Shown here piece by piece: positions 61,490 through 64,000 of a stretch of 64,000 nucleotides of DNA (the first letter of the stretch is position 1; each line of letters opens with the position of its first letter). The notes beneath the pieces are model-generated. The model was not told the DNA's origin. It did not search any database and saw only the letters and a program-made list of their open reading frames with translations. Source of the stretch: Blepharisma stoltei ATCC 30299 (taxonomy: Eukaryota > Protista > Ciliophora); the NCBI GenBank assembly GCA_965603825.1, contig CBFDEM010000006.1:62001-126000 (forward strand). Direction: 5' to 3'. Made by a program: the position numbers and the translations under genes.

Positions 61490-63846
61490 GTGCCTTCTTT
61501 TATTTGCAAAGTCTTGAATCTTATGAATGAAATCACATTGCATTCACAGTTGAGCATACAAATCTGAAGCAGACAAAAATGGCATTCTATTTAAATGGAA
61601 TTACAGATCATCAAAGTGATATAGGATCTGACTATTTTAAAGCCACCAAAACAGATATGACTTTTACATTAGGGGCAGAAAAAGATGTATCTGGCTATAA
61701 AAATTATTTTAATGGATTTATTTATGATATTAAGGGGCACAACTCAGTAAAAAGCATATCATCACTTGTACTGCCCGCAGCGCAGTGCACAGAAGCCTGC
61801 AAAGCATGCTTTACAAATGGGATCTGTATTCCTAACTGTTTAATTAGCCAATACTGGATTGGCCCAGAGTACAATAAATGCTCCAAGTGCAGCAGTGAGT
61901 GCCTTAGTTGTAGGGATTCAAGTGCTTTTTGTAATCTTTGTGCTAATCAAAAATGTGCATCCTGTTATGATTTTGAAGCAGAGTCCTGCCTTAAATGCGT
62001 TTCTGGTACTTCAAACACGGCAAATTGTCAATGTGACTATGGTCTTGCCTGGAACTCAAGTTCAGGAATGTGTGCAACTTGCCATCAATGGCAATTCAAA
62101 GAAAACGATTCTTGCTATGATTGTCCTCCTCTTTGTGCTCAATGTGATAGTGAAAATAAATGCACATGGTGCATTAACAATGCTGTGCTGAGCTCTGGAG
62201 GCTGCATTTGCTCTCCTGGATATACAGGAATATCTAATTGCACAATCATCCCCTTTAATGTTACTCTCGTCATCAACCAAAATAATACCCTGATTTTGAC
62301 CTTCAGTGATGCCTTAAAGCAGGATTTACAAAACGAGCAACTTTTGGTCAAAATAAATAATCATACGATTCCATCATGGTCAATTTCTAAAATATCAAGC
62401 ACACAATGTTTAGTATCGTGTGACTTTGATGGAAAGATATCAGAGGGCACTAATTTTACAGTCCATTTTATAAATTCAACAAGTATTGCATCTATCTCTG
62501 GAGGTTTACTTTATGAAGAGTATTTATCAGGCTCTTTATATGAGTCTGTAATGACTTCAGAAGAGCAAGAAGTGGCTCAAATTCAAAAAGCAAGTCTCTT
62601 CTGGGGTAAAAGCTTTAGCTGGGTTAAGTGTAGCTTTAGCAATGCTCAATCCAAATCCTTCAGCATTATGAACTATGCTGAACACCGTTCAGTTTTTTTC
62701 CTACATACCCTATGCAAGATACCCTATAACAGATAAAGTTTCTGCGTTTTTGAAGTCAATGAATGACTTCAATTTTGTTCCAAACTTGTTTTTACTGTTT
62801 ATTGATGAAAACCAAAGTAATCCTCCTTATTATGGGCGAGAAAATTTGGATATGAAAGCTCATTGATACTTGTAAATATTGGAAATGATATAACTGTTCT
62901 TTGCGGTGTTATAATAGTAATCCCTGTAGTCTATTACTTTTCTAAATGCTCACAAAGATTCATTGGAAAGAAATTAAAAAAAGTACTTAGAGAGTATAAA
63001 TTTGGTACATTTTTACGATTTTGGATTGTATGTTATCTTGAAGTTGGTTTTACCTCCATAATTGGGATTTTGAGTACAGAAGATTATGGAAGATTAGAAA
63101 ATCCACTTAGATTGACTAATTATCTACTTTGCTGATTTTTTATTGTAATGATAATTTAGATACTTATTGCAATAACTCCTTTTATTCATGCATATTTTAG
63201 TTTCAAAAATTCAAGCAAAATTATAAATAGAAAAAATAGGAAATGGTTTGCAAATTGAAGTTCCTTGTATTACGAATTCAAGAATAATAAAGGATTTATG
63301 AGCACGCAATATTATACCCTATATTTTACAAGGCGCTTGATTTTTATTATTACTCAAGTGTTTTTAAATGATTTTCCTCAAAGTCAGCTCACAATAAATG
63401 CAGTATCATCTTTATGTGTAAGCTTTATATAGATTGCTCTATTCTTAATTTTTTATCGTCCTTTTGATAACTTTGTTATTCAGGCAACAAATTTAATTAC
63501 TGAGTTTGGAATTTTTGCTATTTTCACGCTACTTACTCCTTATTTTTTTGATCTAAGTCCAGCCGTGACTAATATTATGGACAATATAATTATGCATTCT
63601 GTGATCTCAGTAATGCTAGTGCAAGCAGTTGGGCCTCTAATAAATTCTATAAAAGAAGTTTATTATGTTGCTAAAAGAAGTATGAGTAAAGAAATTTATC
63701 AAGAAAAAAAGATTGCTAAAAATGAGAAAATGGATGCTATAAATACTTGGACAATACCTTCGGAGCCACCATGCCAAACAAGTTGCAGAATAATCAGCAG
63801 TAAAAACGATATTAGCATAGAAAGAAAATATGATTTATATCAATAA
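61490..63846 (+). pseudogene. Probable paralog 11, 3' part (rest of last module + TM domain); introns 63145-63159 and 63418-63432
   Basis: No ATG or malectin; starts mid-LamG about 100 nt downstream of where 56378-58635 ends. +1 indel at ~62588 and -1 indel at ~62834; TAA at 63844-63846. Confidence 0.78.
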
Positions 63847-64000
63847 TCGTAAAGCATAAATTATATTTTTAATATATTAGAAATAAAGAATTTATTTTTT
63901 TTAATTTCATCTGCACTCCTAACAATTTTTATTGAAGTCACACTAAACAATTTATCTAGCCTTAGTAATATATAGGAATCTCGTATACATAAAAAGGCCA

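Noticed and set aside
60355-62840. Programmed ribosomal frameshifting at single-nucleotide indels
   Set aside because: The indels are copy-specific, often in homopolymers and clustered, which fits consensus errors or decay.
208-63846. Treating the many short track ORFs as separate genes or as stop-riddled pseudogenes
   Set aside because: They share frames and end at TGA codons that align with TGG in paralogs; the fragmentation is an artefact of using the standard code.
1-64000. CRISPR arrays, rRNA, tRNA, telomeric repeats, clear IES insertions
   Set aside because: None seen. Repeats are kb-scale gene duplications; no CCCTAACA runs; the intact genes have no TA-bounded insertions, consistent with macronuclear sequence.

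Overview
AT-rich eukaryotic DNA from a heterotrich ciliate, most likely Blepharisma. In-frame TGA aligns with TGG/Trp in paralogs while TAA/TAG terminate genes, and the genes carry 15-nt GT..TAG introns with an A six bases from the 3' end. The standard-code ORF track therefore breaks a few very long genes into pieces. Almost the whole window is one tandem and inverted array of about 11 paralogous surface-receptor genes plus small relics. Their architecture is signal peptide, malectin (carbohydrate-binding) domain, 2, 4 or 8 repeats of [Cys-rich furin/EGF-like + LamG/ConA-like] modules, then a multi-pass (about 7-8 TM, TRP/FLC-like) membrane domain. Five copies look intact (208-6939, 7783-18636, 19024-23634, 26028-30601 on +; 39012-43622 on -). 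The rest are deleted, frameshifted, chimeric or split by a 5-kb inversion. Divergence among paralogs is concentrated in the predicted sugar-binding loops of the malectin domain. A decayed OTU-protease + HHCC + DDE retroviral-type integrase element, containing its own ~48-bp micro-inversion, lies at 51.1-52.9 kb between divergently oriented blocks. All alignments were made by eye, and several rearrangements or indels could be assembly artefacts.
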